Origin: Promethearchaeati archaeon
Lineage (GTDB): Archaea; Asgardarchaeota; Heimdallarchaeia; Heimdallarchaeales; Heimdallarchaeaceae
Assembly (NCBI GenBank): GCA_013166775.1
Contig: JABLTJ010000003.1
Coordinates: forward strand, 32,001 to 96,000
DNA length: 64,000 nucleotides
Direction of reading: 5' to 3'
The notes under the pieces were generated by a model, which did no database searches, had not been told where the DNA came from, and worked only from the letters and a program-made list of their open reading frames with translations. This document shows positions 9,534 to 17,774 of the stretch, one piece after another. Position numbers and translations under genes: made by a program. Within the stretch, counting starts at the first letter, position 1, and each line of letters begins with the position of its first letter.

Positions 9534-10247
9534 ATGAGCTTTCTACTTCCTTTTAAAGAGCGATATGAGAAAAAATCTCTCTCTCCTATAGCGATGACTA
9601 TTACAGTTTTTCTTTCTGTTATTCTTATGATTGTCAGTGAAGATTTTCTATCAATAGTTTTCATCTATGTGCTCACATCCCTTTTTTTTCTGCTACTTGG
9701 AGCATCTTTTTTAAGAACAATAAAATTAGTTTCAGCAGCAGCATTACTTATTTTTTTCCTCGGACTCCCAAGTTTATTCTTGGAAAATGGACTGGAAAGA
9801 GCAGGTTTCATTTGGATGCGAGGTATTTTATCTGCTTCATTAATTACTCTATATTCTTCAACAATTACTATGCAGGAATTTGCACAAAGCTTGAGAAGTT
9901 TGTTCTTCCCAAATCTTATTGTTACAATTATTGTTTTGATTCTTCGTTATACACCATTACTATACCAACAAGGAGCAGAAATCAGAACAGCACAAGAATT
10001 AAGAGGTATCTCACAATCTAATAGGAAACGAAGATTCAATGCAGTAGTATCCTTATTAGGAGGAACTTTAATTCGTTCTGTATATAGGGGTGGAGAAATT
10101 TATGAGGCGATGCTTGTTAGAGGATTGGAAAGTATAAAAATCGTCAGAAGAGGTTCAATAAAACCCTTGGATCCTTTCATTATGGTCATCTTTACTGTTG
10201 TTTTAAGTTTATTATCAGGAGGAATTTTATCATGCATCATGAAATAG
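9534..10247 (+). CDS. cbiQ: ECF transporter T component
   Basis: Hydrophobic protein with AQELRG and AMLVRG motifs; operon position. Confidence 0.88.
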   Translation: MSFLLPFKERYEKKSLSPIAMTITVFLSVILMIVSEDFLSIVFIYVLTSLFFLLLGASFLRTIKLVSAAALLIFFLGLPSLFLENGLERAGFIWMRGILSASLITLYSSTITMQEFAQSLRSLFFPNLIVTIIVLILRYTPLLYQQGAEIRTAQELRGISQSNRKRRFNAVVSLLGGTLIRSVYRGGEIYEAMLVRGLESIKIVRRGSIKPLDPFIMVIFTVVLSLLSGGILSCIMK

Positions 10248-10951
10248 AATTTAAAGAAGTTGTTTTTGAATATCCAGAGAAGAAATTTGGTTTATACAAT
10301 ATCACATTCAATATAGGCATTGGAACAAAATTTGCAGTTTGTGGAAGAAATGGAGCTGGAAAAACAACTTTACTTAGAATTTTGATGGGTTTAGAGGAAC
10401 ATCAAGCTGGTAACATTAAAGTTCAAGAATTAACATTAAACCGTGAAAATATAAAAGAAGTAAGAAAACGAATTGGTTTTGTTTTTCAAAACCCTGATTC
10501 ACAAGTTTTCTCTGCGAGTGTATATGAAGATGTTGCATTTGGACCAAGAAATTTGGGATTAGAAGAAGAAGAAGTGGAAAAGAGAGTTGAAGAAGCTTTG
10601 AAGAGTGTTGATTTATTGGATTGTACTCACGAATCACCGTTTCGATTATCCTTTGGTCAACGTAAAAGAGTCGCTATCGCAGGTGTACTGTCAATGGATC
10701 CATCTATAATAATTCTAGATGAACCATTCTCAAATCTAGATTATCCTACAAGAACTTCCTTAAAAAAACTTCTAGAAAACTCTGTTCTTAAAAGAGGAAA
10801 AACAATTATATTCACAACACATTATAGAAAGTTAATAAACGAATGGGCAGACAGTGTACTTTTCTTAGATGCGGGTAAAATCCTTTATCACGGAAATGTA
10901 GAAGATTTATCTATAATAGACGAAGCGGATAGATTCTTAGGACCTTTCTAA
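10232..10951 (+). CDS. cbiO: ECF transporter ATPase
   Basis: GRNGAGKTT, FQNPDSQ, LSFGQRKR, LDEP. Confidence 0.92.
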   Translation: MHHEIEFKEVVFEYPEKKFGLYNITFNIGIGTKFAVCGRNGAGKTTLLRILMGLEEHQAGNIKVQELTLNRENIKEVRKRIGFVFQNPDSQVFSASVYEDVAFGPRNLGLEEEEVEKRVEEALKSVDLLDCTHESPFRLSFGQRKRVAIAGVLSMDPSIIILDEPFSNLDYPTRTSLKKLLENSVLKRGKTIIFTTHYRKLINEWADSVLFLDAGKILYHGNVEDLSIIDEADRFLGPF

Positions 10952-11364
10952 AGTATTAGTTTAGAATATTTATCTACTACTTCAAGATACATTTCATTAC
11001 ATTTTTCTTCAGATAATTCCATTATCCCTTTTTCCATTCTTGCTGAAATTCTACTTACTAGTTCTTTCAGTTTATCTCGAAATTCAATAATTGGAAGAGT
11101 ATAGTACAAATATTTGTAACCACCTCTTTCTAGACTGGTCTTTTCTTTTTTTACAGCTCCAACATCCATTAATCTTTGAATTGATCTAACAATTGATGCT
11201 CTGTCTTTTCTGATTATTTCAGTGATTCCTTTAACATCTACTGGTTTGTTATGATTAATACATGCAAGTACTTCCAATTCATTTTCAGACAGTCCAAAAA
11301 GAGCTCTAACTATATCAAAGCAAGTTATGTCATCAGAATCAAAAGAAGAAAGAGGGAATGACAT
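10948..11364 (-). CDS. Winged-helix transcriptional regulator (TrmB-like HTH, COG3355-like) with three Cys
   Basis: FGLSENELEVL...DRASIVRSIQRL...GGYKYLY. The ATG at 11364 follows a GGTGA RBS. Confidence 0.82.
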   Translation of the reverse strand: MSFPLSSFDSDDITCFDIVRALFGLSENELEVLACINHNKPVDVKGITEIIRKDRASIVRSIQRLMDVGAVKKEKTSLERGGYKYLYYTLPIIEFRDKLKELVSRISARMEKGIMELSEEKCNEMYLEVVDKYSKLIL

Positions 11365-11375
11365 TTTTTTCACCT

Positions 11376-11750
11376 CTAGAAAGTATATACAACATCAGCT
11401 TCGAGGGATTCAGTTACTAAGAACATTCCTCCGACTATATCGTCAACTTCCTCAATGAAATCTTCACGTTTTAAATTATACATCTCAAGTACTGGACTGC
11501 AGACGTAAATTTTAGCACCTACTTCTTTAGCTTCACGTAAAGTTTCAATGTAGGGATTCTTGCCTTCCATTGGAATTAAGTTTTCAGGAACTCCTTTCTT
11601 AAGTAGTAATCCAGCTGACATAGTATAAATAATTGTTACTTCTGCATCAAGCATAGCTGCTAGTGATGCAAGATGTAAGGGGGGCTCAAGTCTTTCTTTG
11701 AATTCCTTTCCATGAGTTAATACGAAAACTATTTTCTGTTCAGGCATCAT
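11376..11750 (-). CDS. DsrE family sulfur carrier protein
   Basis: GAKIYVCS active-site Cys, C-terminal ADVVYTF. Confidence 0.85.
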   Translation of the reverse strand: MMPEQKIVFVLTHGKEFKERLEPPLHLASLAAMLDAEVTIIYTMSAGLLLKKGVPENLIPMEGKNPYIETLREAKEVGAKIYVCSPVLEMYNLKREDFIEEVDDIVGGMFLVTESLEADVVYTF

Positions 11751-11756
11751 TACCAC

Positions 11757-12230
11757 CTAGAAGTATAATGTGATATCTGCTTCTGATGCAAATTCTAAGA
11801 AGGTTGCAGCTCCACCAACTTCACATTCATCAATCAGCTGCTTTCTTTTGATTTTCATTACATCCATTGTCATTTGACAAGCAATGAGCTTTACACCAGA
11901 TTCAATAGAAATGTCCATCAATTCTTGTAATTTTGCAACATTAGCACCTTTCATCCAGCTTTTCATCATTGCTGTTGCCATATCAGTCATACCAGGAATC
12001 ATTCCTACAATTTGTGGTATTGGCATTGGCATAGCTGTTTGACCTACGGGAGTTACTTTGAGTTTGTTTAGTTTTTTCTTCTTCAACATATTTAATCCAA
12101 AGAATGTGAAGAATATACCTACTTCATAATCCATTGCTGCTGCAGTAGTGGCTAAGATTAATGGTGGGTATGCACCAGCAATATCTGCTTTTGAAGCTAT
12201 CATAGCTATTCGTTTTTTCTTTTCCGACAT
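11757..12230 (-). CDS. DsrE2-like (DrsE_2) sulfurtransferase
   Basis: AYPPLILATTAAAM, FFTFFGL, LIACQMTMDVM, GGAATFL. Confidence 0.9.
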   Translation of the reverse strand: MSEKKKRIAMIASKADIAGAYPPLILATTAAAMDYEVGIFFTFFGLNMLKKKKLNKLKVTPVGQTAMPMPIPQIVGMIPGMTDMATAMMKSWMKGANVAKLQELMDISIESGVKLIACQMTMDVMKIKRKQLIDECEVGGAATFLEFASEADITLYF

Positions 12231-12239
12231 TTTTTTCAC

Positions 12240-12479
12240 CTATTTAATTCTTTTAATGATATAGCGGTATACTCCGCCTTCTTCCGAGTTAGCAATAAGT
12301 TCATTTCCGGTAGATCTGGTCCATGCTTGGAAATCCGCAACTGATCCAGGATCTGTTGAGAAAACTTCAATATGCTCCCCTAATGAAATTTCCATAATTG
12401 CTTTCTTTGTTTTAAGGATTGGAAGAGGACAGCTTAACCCCTTTGCATTAAGAGTTTTAGCAATTTTTGTATCACTCAT
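12240..12479 (-). CDS. tusA: Sulfur carrier TusA
   Basis: LNAKGLSCPLPILKTKK, STDPGS. Confidence 0.92.
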   Translation of the reverse strand: MSDTKIAKTLNAKGLSCPLPILKTKKAIMEISLGEHIEVFSTDPGSVADFQAWTRSTGNELIANSEEGGVYRYIIKRIK

Positions 12480-12490
12480 TTTTTTCACCT

Positions 12491-13636
12491 TTATAATCGT
12501 CCTTTAATCAAGAATTTGAAATAAGCAAATTTGAACGCCTTCTTGAATAATCCAAACAAAAGAGTTGAATTTAATCCGTATTTTTTTGGAGGGTAGTTAT
12601 AACTGAAATGCAATAACATAGATTTTTTGAAGGATGTTAATATGAAACAGATTGTTAATCCCTTGTATTTAGCTTTGGGAGGTTTCCCTTTAAGTTCTGA
12701 AATTAAGTTTTTCACTAAAATATTAGAAGAGAAGTGCGAAACAGTTCCAGATTTTGAAACTGGTAAATTTGTTCCATCTCCGATTGCATAGATGTTGTCA
12801 TGTTCGTTGTGTTTCATTGTATATCTATCAGTAGTAATCCATCCTTCTCTATCACCCAATCCAGAGTCTTTTATGACATCTTGACCTTCATGAGGAGGTA
12901 TTATTATAAGACTTTCATATCCTATTTCTTCTCCTTCAAGAGATAGTACTTTGTTGTTTTCATTATCAATTGTTTCGAAATTGAAAAATGGAGTGAACTT
13001 GATGTTTCTTTTAGCAAAAAGTTTCTCTACTTTCTTAGCAGGTTCAGCCATTGTGAAAGCTCTTGATAATGGATAGAGAAATCTGATTGTTGATTTGTGT
13101 CTTATTCCTCTCTTACGTAGGTATTTATCTAATAAAAATGCGAATTCAATTGGAGTAGGTGGGCATTTGTAAGGTACGGTTGTCGGAGTAATAACAATAG
13201 TTCCTCCATCAAACTCCATAAGTTTTTCTTTTAGATGTTCAACTCCATCTTTGGTATAAAATTCGCAAACATTATCAGTTTGACAATATGCATCAAGTTT
13301 CTCTTGTGCCATTCTTGCTCCTGTTGCTAAGATAAGAAAATCGTATAGGATATTTTTCCCATTTTCTATTGTTACTATGTTTTTTTCAGGGTCTATCTTT
13401 GTAGCAATGTTTTTAATCCAGTTTACTTCTTTACTCAGTAATTTAGAAATTGGCTTTAAGAGATTAGAAATTGGTTTATCTTGAAAAACCCAAAATAAGT
13501 ACTCTGGTTCATAGATATTTTCTTCCTTTGGCTCAATCAAAGTGATTTTGACTTTTTTTCTATTTATTTTACGTGCTAAATGATTAGCTGTAGCTAAACC
13601 AGAAAAACCTCCACCTATTATAACTATATTTTTCAT
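12491..13636 (-). CDS. sqr: Sulfide:quinone oxidoreductase-like flavoprotein (type III-like)
   Basis: GGGFSG FAD motif, YDFLILATGA, PYKCPP, YAIGD, SKSG, TICFI. Confidence 0.85.
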   Translation of the reverse strand: MKNIVIIGGGFSGLATANHLARKINRKKVKITLIEPKEENIYEPEYLFWVFQDKPISNLLKPISKLLSKEVNWIKNIATKIDPEKNIVTIENGKNILYDFLILATGARMAQEKLDAYCQTDNVCEFYTKDGVEHLKEKLMEFDGGTIVITPTTVPYKCPPTPIEFAFLLDKYLRKRGIRHKSTIRFLYPLSRAFTMAEPAKKVEKLFAKRNIKFTPFFNFETIDNENNKVLSLEGEEIGYESLIIIPPHEGQDVIKDSGLGDREGWITTDRYTMKHNEHDNIYAIGDGTNLPVSKSGTVSHFSSNILVKNLISELKGKPPKAKYKGLTICFILTSFKKSMLLHFSYNYPPKKYGLNSTLLFGLFKKAFKFAYFKFLIKGRL

Positions 13637-13646
13637 TTTAGTTCCT

Positions 13647-13886
13647 TCAGTGTAGTTTTTTTACAATATAACGATCGAAACCGTCTTCATTGATTAGTGC
13701 AGTTAATTCATGTTTTGCTTTATCAACCCAAGCGGGAACATCTACTCTTGTTCCCTCATCAGAGCTTAGCAAAGCAATGAATTCTCCAACTTCTGCTTGA
13801 CGTATTGCTTTAATCAGTTCCATCATTGGTCCTGGGCAAAACGCCCCTCTTGCATCTACTTCTATAGCTATTTCATAATCAGTCAT
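13647..13886 (-). CDS. tusA: Second TusA-family sulfur carrier
   Basis: VDARGAFCPGPMMEL, SSDEGT. Confidence 0.9.
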   Translation of the reverse strand: MTDYEIAIEVDARGAFCPGPMMELIKAIRQAEVGEFIALLSSDEGTRVDVPAWVDKAKHELTALINEDGFDRYIVKKLH

Positions 13887-13903
13887 TTATTCACCTTATT
13901 GTT

Positions 13904-13947
13904 CGGTTGTGACGAGTTTAACATAATTGCTCACAACCGTATAAAAG
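13904..13947 (-). promoter_or_regulatory. TATA box and inverted-repeat operator of the tusA-sqr operon
   Basis: CGGTTGTGA (13904-13912), N18, TCACAACCG (13931-13939), directly downstream of minus-strand CTTTTATA (13947-13940). Confidence 0.65.
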
Positions 13948-14172
13948 TATTTGGTTTTTCTTATTTTCTCCATTTTAAAAAAACAACGTTATTAATAATA
14001 TATTTAATGAAGTACTTTGCTTTTATTGGTTCAAAATTTTAATTACAATATAAAATAATTATTTCATAAGAAGTGAATATACTAAATAGGAACAAGATGA
14101 AACAAGTGAAATTAACGAATTTTGTAATAATGTTTCAATAGTTCTTTTATTAGTTCTCATATAAATTAAGAT

Positions 14173-14628
14173 CTATTTGACTATTTTCAGAATTAGTGCT
14201 GTTATTGGAAATGCTAGAAGAAGGACCCCTCCAATAATAGTTGGGATTCCAGCTTTAACAAGACCATATTCAGTAATCAGCAATATACCTATTGTGATAG
14301 CTACAACACTTGTAAAAGTAAGAAACACTACAAGTCTTTTATTTAATAAAGTTTCTTTCAAATTTTCCTTGCTAAAAGCTCTATATTCTGGATGTTCCTT
14401 AACAAACTCTCTGTGTTCCTTAATTTTTCTTATCACCCAAATAACTAAAGGAATCAAAAGAAGTATTCCAACACCCGAGAGAATTAAACCTAATAGAAGC
14501 TCTTCCATAACTAAAAACATTATTCCAAGACCTATGGGTAATGCAATTAAGCCAATAAGAAGGAAACCAAAAAAAATCTTAGCGAAAGTAATACCAAAAT
14601 CTCTAGGTACAGGTATGGGAATTACCAT
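14173..14628 (-). CDS. Membrane protein (4 TM)
   Basis: 151 aa, two hydrophobic hairpins separated by a charged loop. Confidence 0.75.
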   Translation of the reverse strand: MVIPIPVPRDFGITFAKIFFGFLLIGLIALPIGLGIMFLVMEELLLGLILSGVGILLLIPLVIWVIRKIKEHREFVKEHPEYRAFSKENLKETLLNKRLVVFLTFTSVVAITIGILLITEYGLVKAGIPTIIGGVLLLAFPITALILKIVK

Positions 14629-14803
14629 ATTGAATCCTTCGAGTTTTAGAATTAAATTATTTAAACTTTTTTACATTTCTGAAACCTTTTCTTTAAACAT
14701 TATGTCTTTTTGCATATTTAGCTATATGAAATAGATATTGAAGATTCTTCTAGTCAAGCGTTTTGGTCTGTAAAAATGCAATAGTTTCATTTTCGGGAAT
14801 ATC

Positions 14804-14879
14804 TTTTTATATATGTATAGGCTTCTGCGTATGATACGGTTGTCGAAAAGTTCGTTTCTAAACTGCAATAAAACGAACT
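14804..14879 (+). promoter_or_regulatory. Promoter and 5' region of the hdr-mvh operon
   Basis: TTTTTATATA box near 14804; ATACGGTTGT at 14834-14843; inverted repeat AGTTCGTTT (14849-14857), N13, AAACGAACT (14871-14879). Confidence 0.55.
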
Positions 14880-14901
14880 CTAAGTAATAACCGGTGAGAA
14901 T

Positions 14902-15594
14902 ATGATAGCAGTATGGATTAGTTTAATAGTTACTGCCATCTTGGTAGCTGGCTCAATTTCTTTACGTATTATTTCTAAAGAGGGAGAGGAAGGAAGAATC
15001 ATCAGACCTAATGAGAAATTATCTGATGAATTCATGGAGGATTTAGCGCTAGTACCTGGTGGTGATAAAATAAAAGAATGCATACAATGTGGCATTTGTT
15101 CTGCTAGTTGCCCTGTTTCTTTTGCTATGGATTATACTCCTAGACAAATATGGGAACTTCTGAGATCTGGGCAATTAAAAAAAGCACTAAATAGTCACAC
15201 TGTATGGTTGTGCTCTTCTTGTTACAAATGTGCTGTAAGATGTTCGACTGGCATCCCCTTTACTGACGTAATGTATGGATTAAAGCGCTTAGGTAAAGAG
15301 AAGAAATTGAATCAAAAGGGTATAAGTGGACCAATCTGGGCAAGTACTTTTCTTAACAATGTTCGTCGTTATGATCGAATCACTGATTTATTTGTAATGA
15401 TTATGTTTATGGTTAAGAAACAACCCTTCAGAATACTTTCAATCATTCCAGAATCTTGGGGAATGTTCACTAAAGGACGAGTTCCGTTTAAGAATCTCAT
15501 GATGCTTGTTCCTAAAACAATCAAATCTTTTTTCACTAAGAGCGATGTCAAGAAGATGATGAAATGGATAGATAAAAACGTGGAGATTAGTTAA
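14902..15594 (+). CDS. hdrC: Heterodisulfide reductase subunit C with an N-terminal TM helix
   Basis: CIQCGICSASCP, MDYTPRQI, WLCSSCYKCAVRC; GGTGA RBS. Confidence 0.92.
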   Translation: MIAVWISLIVTAILVAGSISLRIISKEGEEGRIIRPNEKLSDEFMEDLALVPGGDKIKECIQCGICSASCPVSFAMDYTPRQIWELLRSGQLKKALNSHTVWLCSSCYKCAVRCSTGIPFTDVMYGLKRLGKEKKLNQKGISGPIWASTFLNNVRRYDRITDLFVMIMFMVKKQPFRILSIIPESWGMFTKGRVPFKNLMMLVPKTIKSFFTKSDVKKMMKWIDKNVEIS

Positions 15595-16491
15595 ATGACT
15601 GAAGTAGAAAAAAAGGGAGGATATACTTACTTTCCCGGATGTGCTCTAGAAGGAATTCAAGAACCTTACAAAAAATCTACAGAAGCAGTTGCTAAAGAAT
15701 TAGGGATTGTCTTAAACGAGCTTAAATCATGGAACTGTTGTGGAACTCCCTCCATCATTGGTGTAGATGAGATTAAGGCTCTAGCTTTGTCTGCTAGAAA
15801 TCTTGCCTTAGCAGCAAAAGAAGGAGATCAAATTGTAAGTCCCTGTAACACTTGTTTTGGTACTCTGAAAAAAGTGAATAGATACATGGAATATAATAAA
15901 GAAATTTACTCTGCAATAAACGGTTCCCTGAATGCTGCGGGATTATCTTATGAACCTAACACTGTAGAAGTAAGACATTTTGTAGATATCTTAGTAAATG
16001 ATTATGGAATAGAAGAGATTAGGAAAAGAGTCAAAAGACCTCTTACAGGTTTCCGTGTAGTTCCATTTTATGGATGTCATTTTTCTAGACCTTTTGGTGA
16101 ACATGATGATGTAGAAAATCCAAGAAAAATGGATGATTTAATCAAAATTTCTGGAGCAGAATGGGTAGATTATCCAATGAAATTTACCTGTTGCGGAGCT
16201 ACTCTTCCAGTAACTGATCCAAAGATTGGTTATCGACTTATACATGAGATTCTCAGATCAGCGAAGGAAGTAAAAGCTGATTTCATAATTACATCGTGTC
16301 CTCTCTGTCAAACTAACTTAGAAATGTTTCAGAGAGTAGCAGGAAATATGTATGGTGGCAAGCACCACATTCCTGTTTTATATGTTACTCAATTAGTTGG
16401 ATATGCACTTGGGCTTTCAGTAAAGGAACTGATGATAGATAAAACTCTGGTCAAGCCAAAAAGACTTATTGAAAAAAGTGAGGTGGTCTAA
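15595..16491 (+). CDS. hdrB: Heterodisulfide reductase subunit B
   Basis: YFPGC, WNCCG, PCNTC, FYGC, TCCG, SCPLCQ (two CCG domains). Confidence 0.95.
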   Translation: MTEVEKKGGYTYFPGCALEGIQEPYKKSTEAVAKELGIVLNELKSWNCCGTPSIIGVDEIKALALSARNLALAAKEGDQIVSPCNTCFGTLKKVNRYMEYNKEIYSAINGSLNAAGLSYEPNTVEVRHFVDILVNDYGIEEIRKRVKRPLTGFRVVPFYGCHFSRPFGEHDDVENPRKMDDLIKISGAEWVDYPMKFTCCGATLPVTDPKIGYRLIHEILRSAKEVKADFIITSCPLCQTNLEMFQRVAGNMYGGKHHIPVLYVTQLVGYALGLSVKELMIDKTLVKPKRLIEKSEVV

Positions 16492-17774
16492 TGACATCTG
16501 AAGCAGATCCAAGAATTGGAGTATTTGTGTGTAAATGTGGAAAAAACATTGCAGCAAAAGTCGCAGTTAATGAAGTAGCAGAATATGCAAAAACATTAGA
16601 TAATGTAGAGTTTAGTCAAGTAAATACTTTTACCTGTTCAGCAGTAGGACAAAATGCTATCAAGGATGCCGTAAAGGAACACAATCTAGATAGAGTAGTT
16701 GTAGCGAGTTGCTCACCTACTATGCACGAAAGCACTTTTCAAGCTGCTACTGAAGAAGCTGGAATAAATAGATATCAATTCCAAATGGCAAACATAAGAG
16801 AATTCTCTTCATGGGTTACCAAAGATCCAGCTGAAGCTACAAGCAAAGCTAAGAGAATAGTAACAGGTGCCGTAAGAAGAGTCGCATTTCATGAACCACT
16901 TGAAGAAGTAATCGTTCCAGTTAATCCAAATACGTTAGTCATTGGTGGTGGAATCGCAGGAATTTCTGCTGCATTAAAAATTGCAGATGCTGGCCATAAA
17001 GTTATCTTAGTAGAAAAAGAACCTTCTATAGGTGGAAGGATGGCTCAACTAGATAAAACTTTTCCAACATTGGATTGTGCAGCATGTATTCTATCACCTC
17101 GAATGGTAGATGTTGGAAAGCATCCAAACATAGAGATGATGGCTTATTCTGAAGTCGTAGCTGTTGATGGTTACATAGGAAATTTCAATGCTAAAATAAA
17201 GAACAAAGCTAAGTCAGTAGATGAAGAAAAGTGTACTAGTTGTGGAGATTGTTGGGAAAACTGTCCCGTTAGATATACTGCTTATACAGAACCAGCAAAA
17301 ATAGTTCCTGCATTGCTTTATGATGAGAAAACCTTCTTAGATAAAATCATAACCAAGTACAAAGATAGACGAGGAGCTATTATGCCAGTTCTTGAGGCAA
17401 TTAATAGTGAATACCGTTATCTTCCTGAAGAGAGCTTGAAATATGTTGCAGTACAAATGGATTATCCTCTCAGTTCTATTTATAGAATTGCTACATTCTA
17501 CAATGCATACAGCTTAGAACCAAGAGGAGATCATCTGATAAGCGTCTGTATGGGAACAACATGTCATGTTAAAGGAGCTCCAAGGCTTGTTGAAAGGCTA
17601 AAGAGCGAGTTGAAAATTGATATTGGTGAGACTACAGATGACGGTAAATTTACTTTAGAAACAGTTCGATGTTTGGGCTGTTGTAGCTTAGCTCCGGTGA
17701 TAACGATAGATGGTGAAGCTTTCGGTAATATGAAACCGAGTAGAATTCCAAGGGTGCTTGATAAATATGAGTGA
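16491..17774 (+). CDS. Fusion of the HdrA N-terminal half and a NuoE/HydC [2Fe-2S] domain
   Basis: RIGVFVCKCG, VVASCSP, GGGIAG, DKTFPTLDCAACIL, CTSCGDCWENCP; then ATFYNAYSLEPRG...CMGTTCH...CLGCC (NuoE). Confidence 0.92.
   Translation: MTSEADPRIGVFVCKCGKNIAAKVAVNEVAEYAKTLDNVEFSQVNTFTCSAVGQNAIKDAVKEHNLDRVVVASCSPTMHESTFQAATEEAGINRYQFQMANIREFSSWVTKDPAEATSKAKRIVTGAVRRVAFHEPLEEVIVPVNPNTLVIGGGIAGISAALKIADAGHKVILVEKEPSIGGRMAQLDKTFPTLDCAACILSPRMVDVGKHPNIEMMAYSEVVAVDGYIGNFNAKIKNKAKSVDEEKCTSCGDCWENCPVRYTAYTEPAKIVPALLYDEKTFLDKIITKYKDRRGAIMPVLEAINSEYRYLPEESLKYVAVQMDYPLSSIYRIATFYNAYSLEPRGDHLISVCMGTTCHVKGAPRLVERLKSELKIDIGETTDDGKFTLETVRCLGCCSLAPVITIDGEAFGNMKPSRIPRVLDKYE

Noticed and set aside
11365-12488. 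GTG starts called in the ORF track (MKKMS...) for the sulfur-operon genes
   Set aside because: The GTG is part of the GGTGA RBS; the downstream ATGs are the likelier starts.
14177-14734. 185-aa plus-strand ORF
   Set aside because: Antisense shadow of the membrane-protein gene 14173..14628; no motifs.
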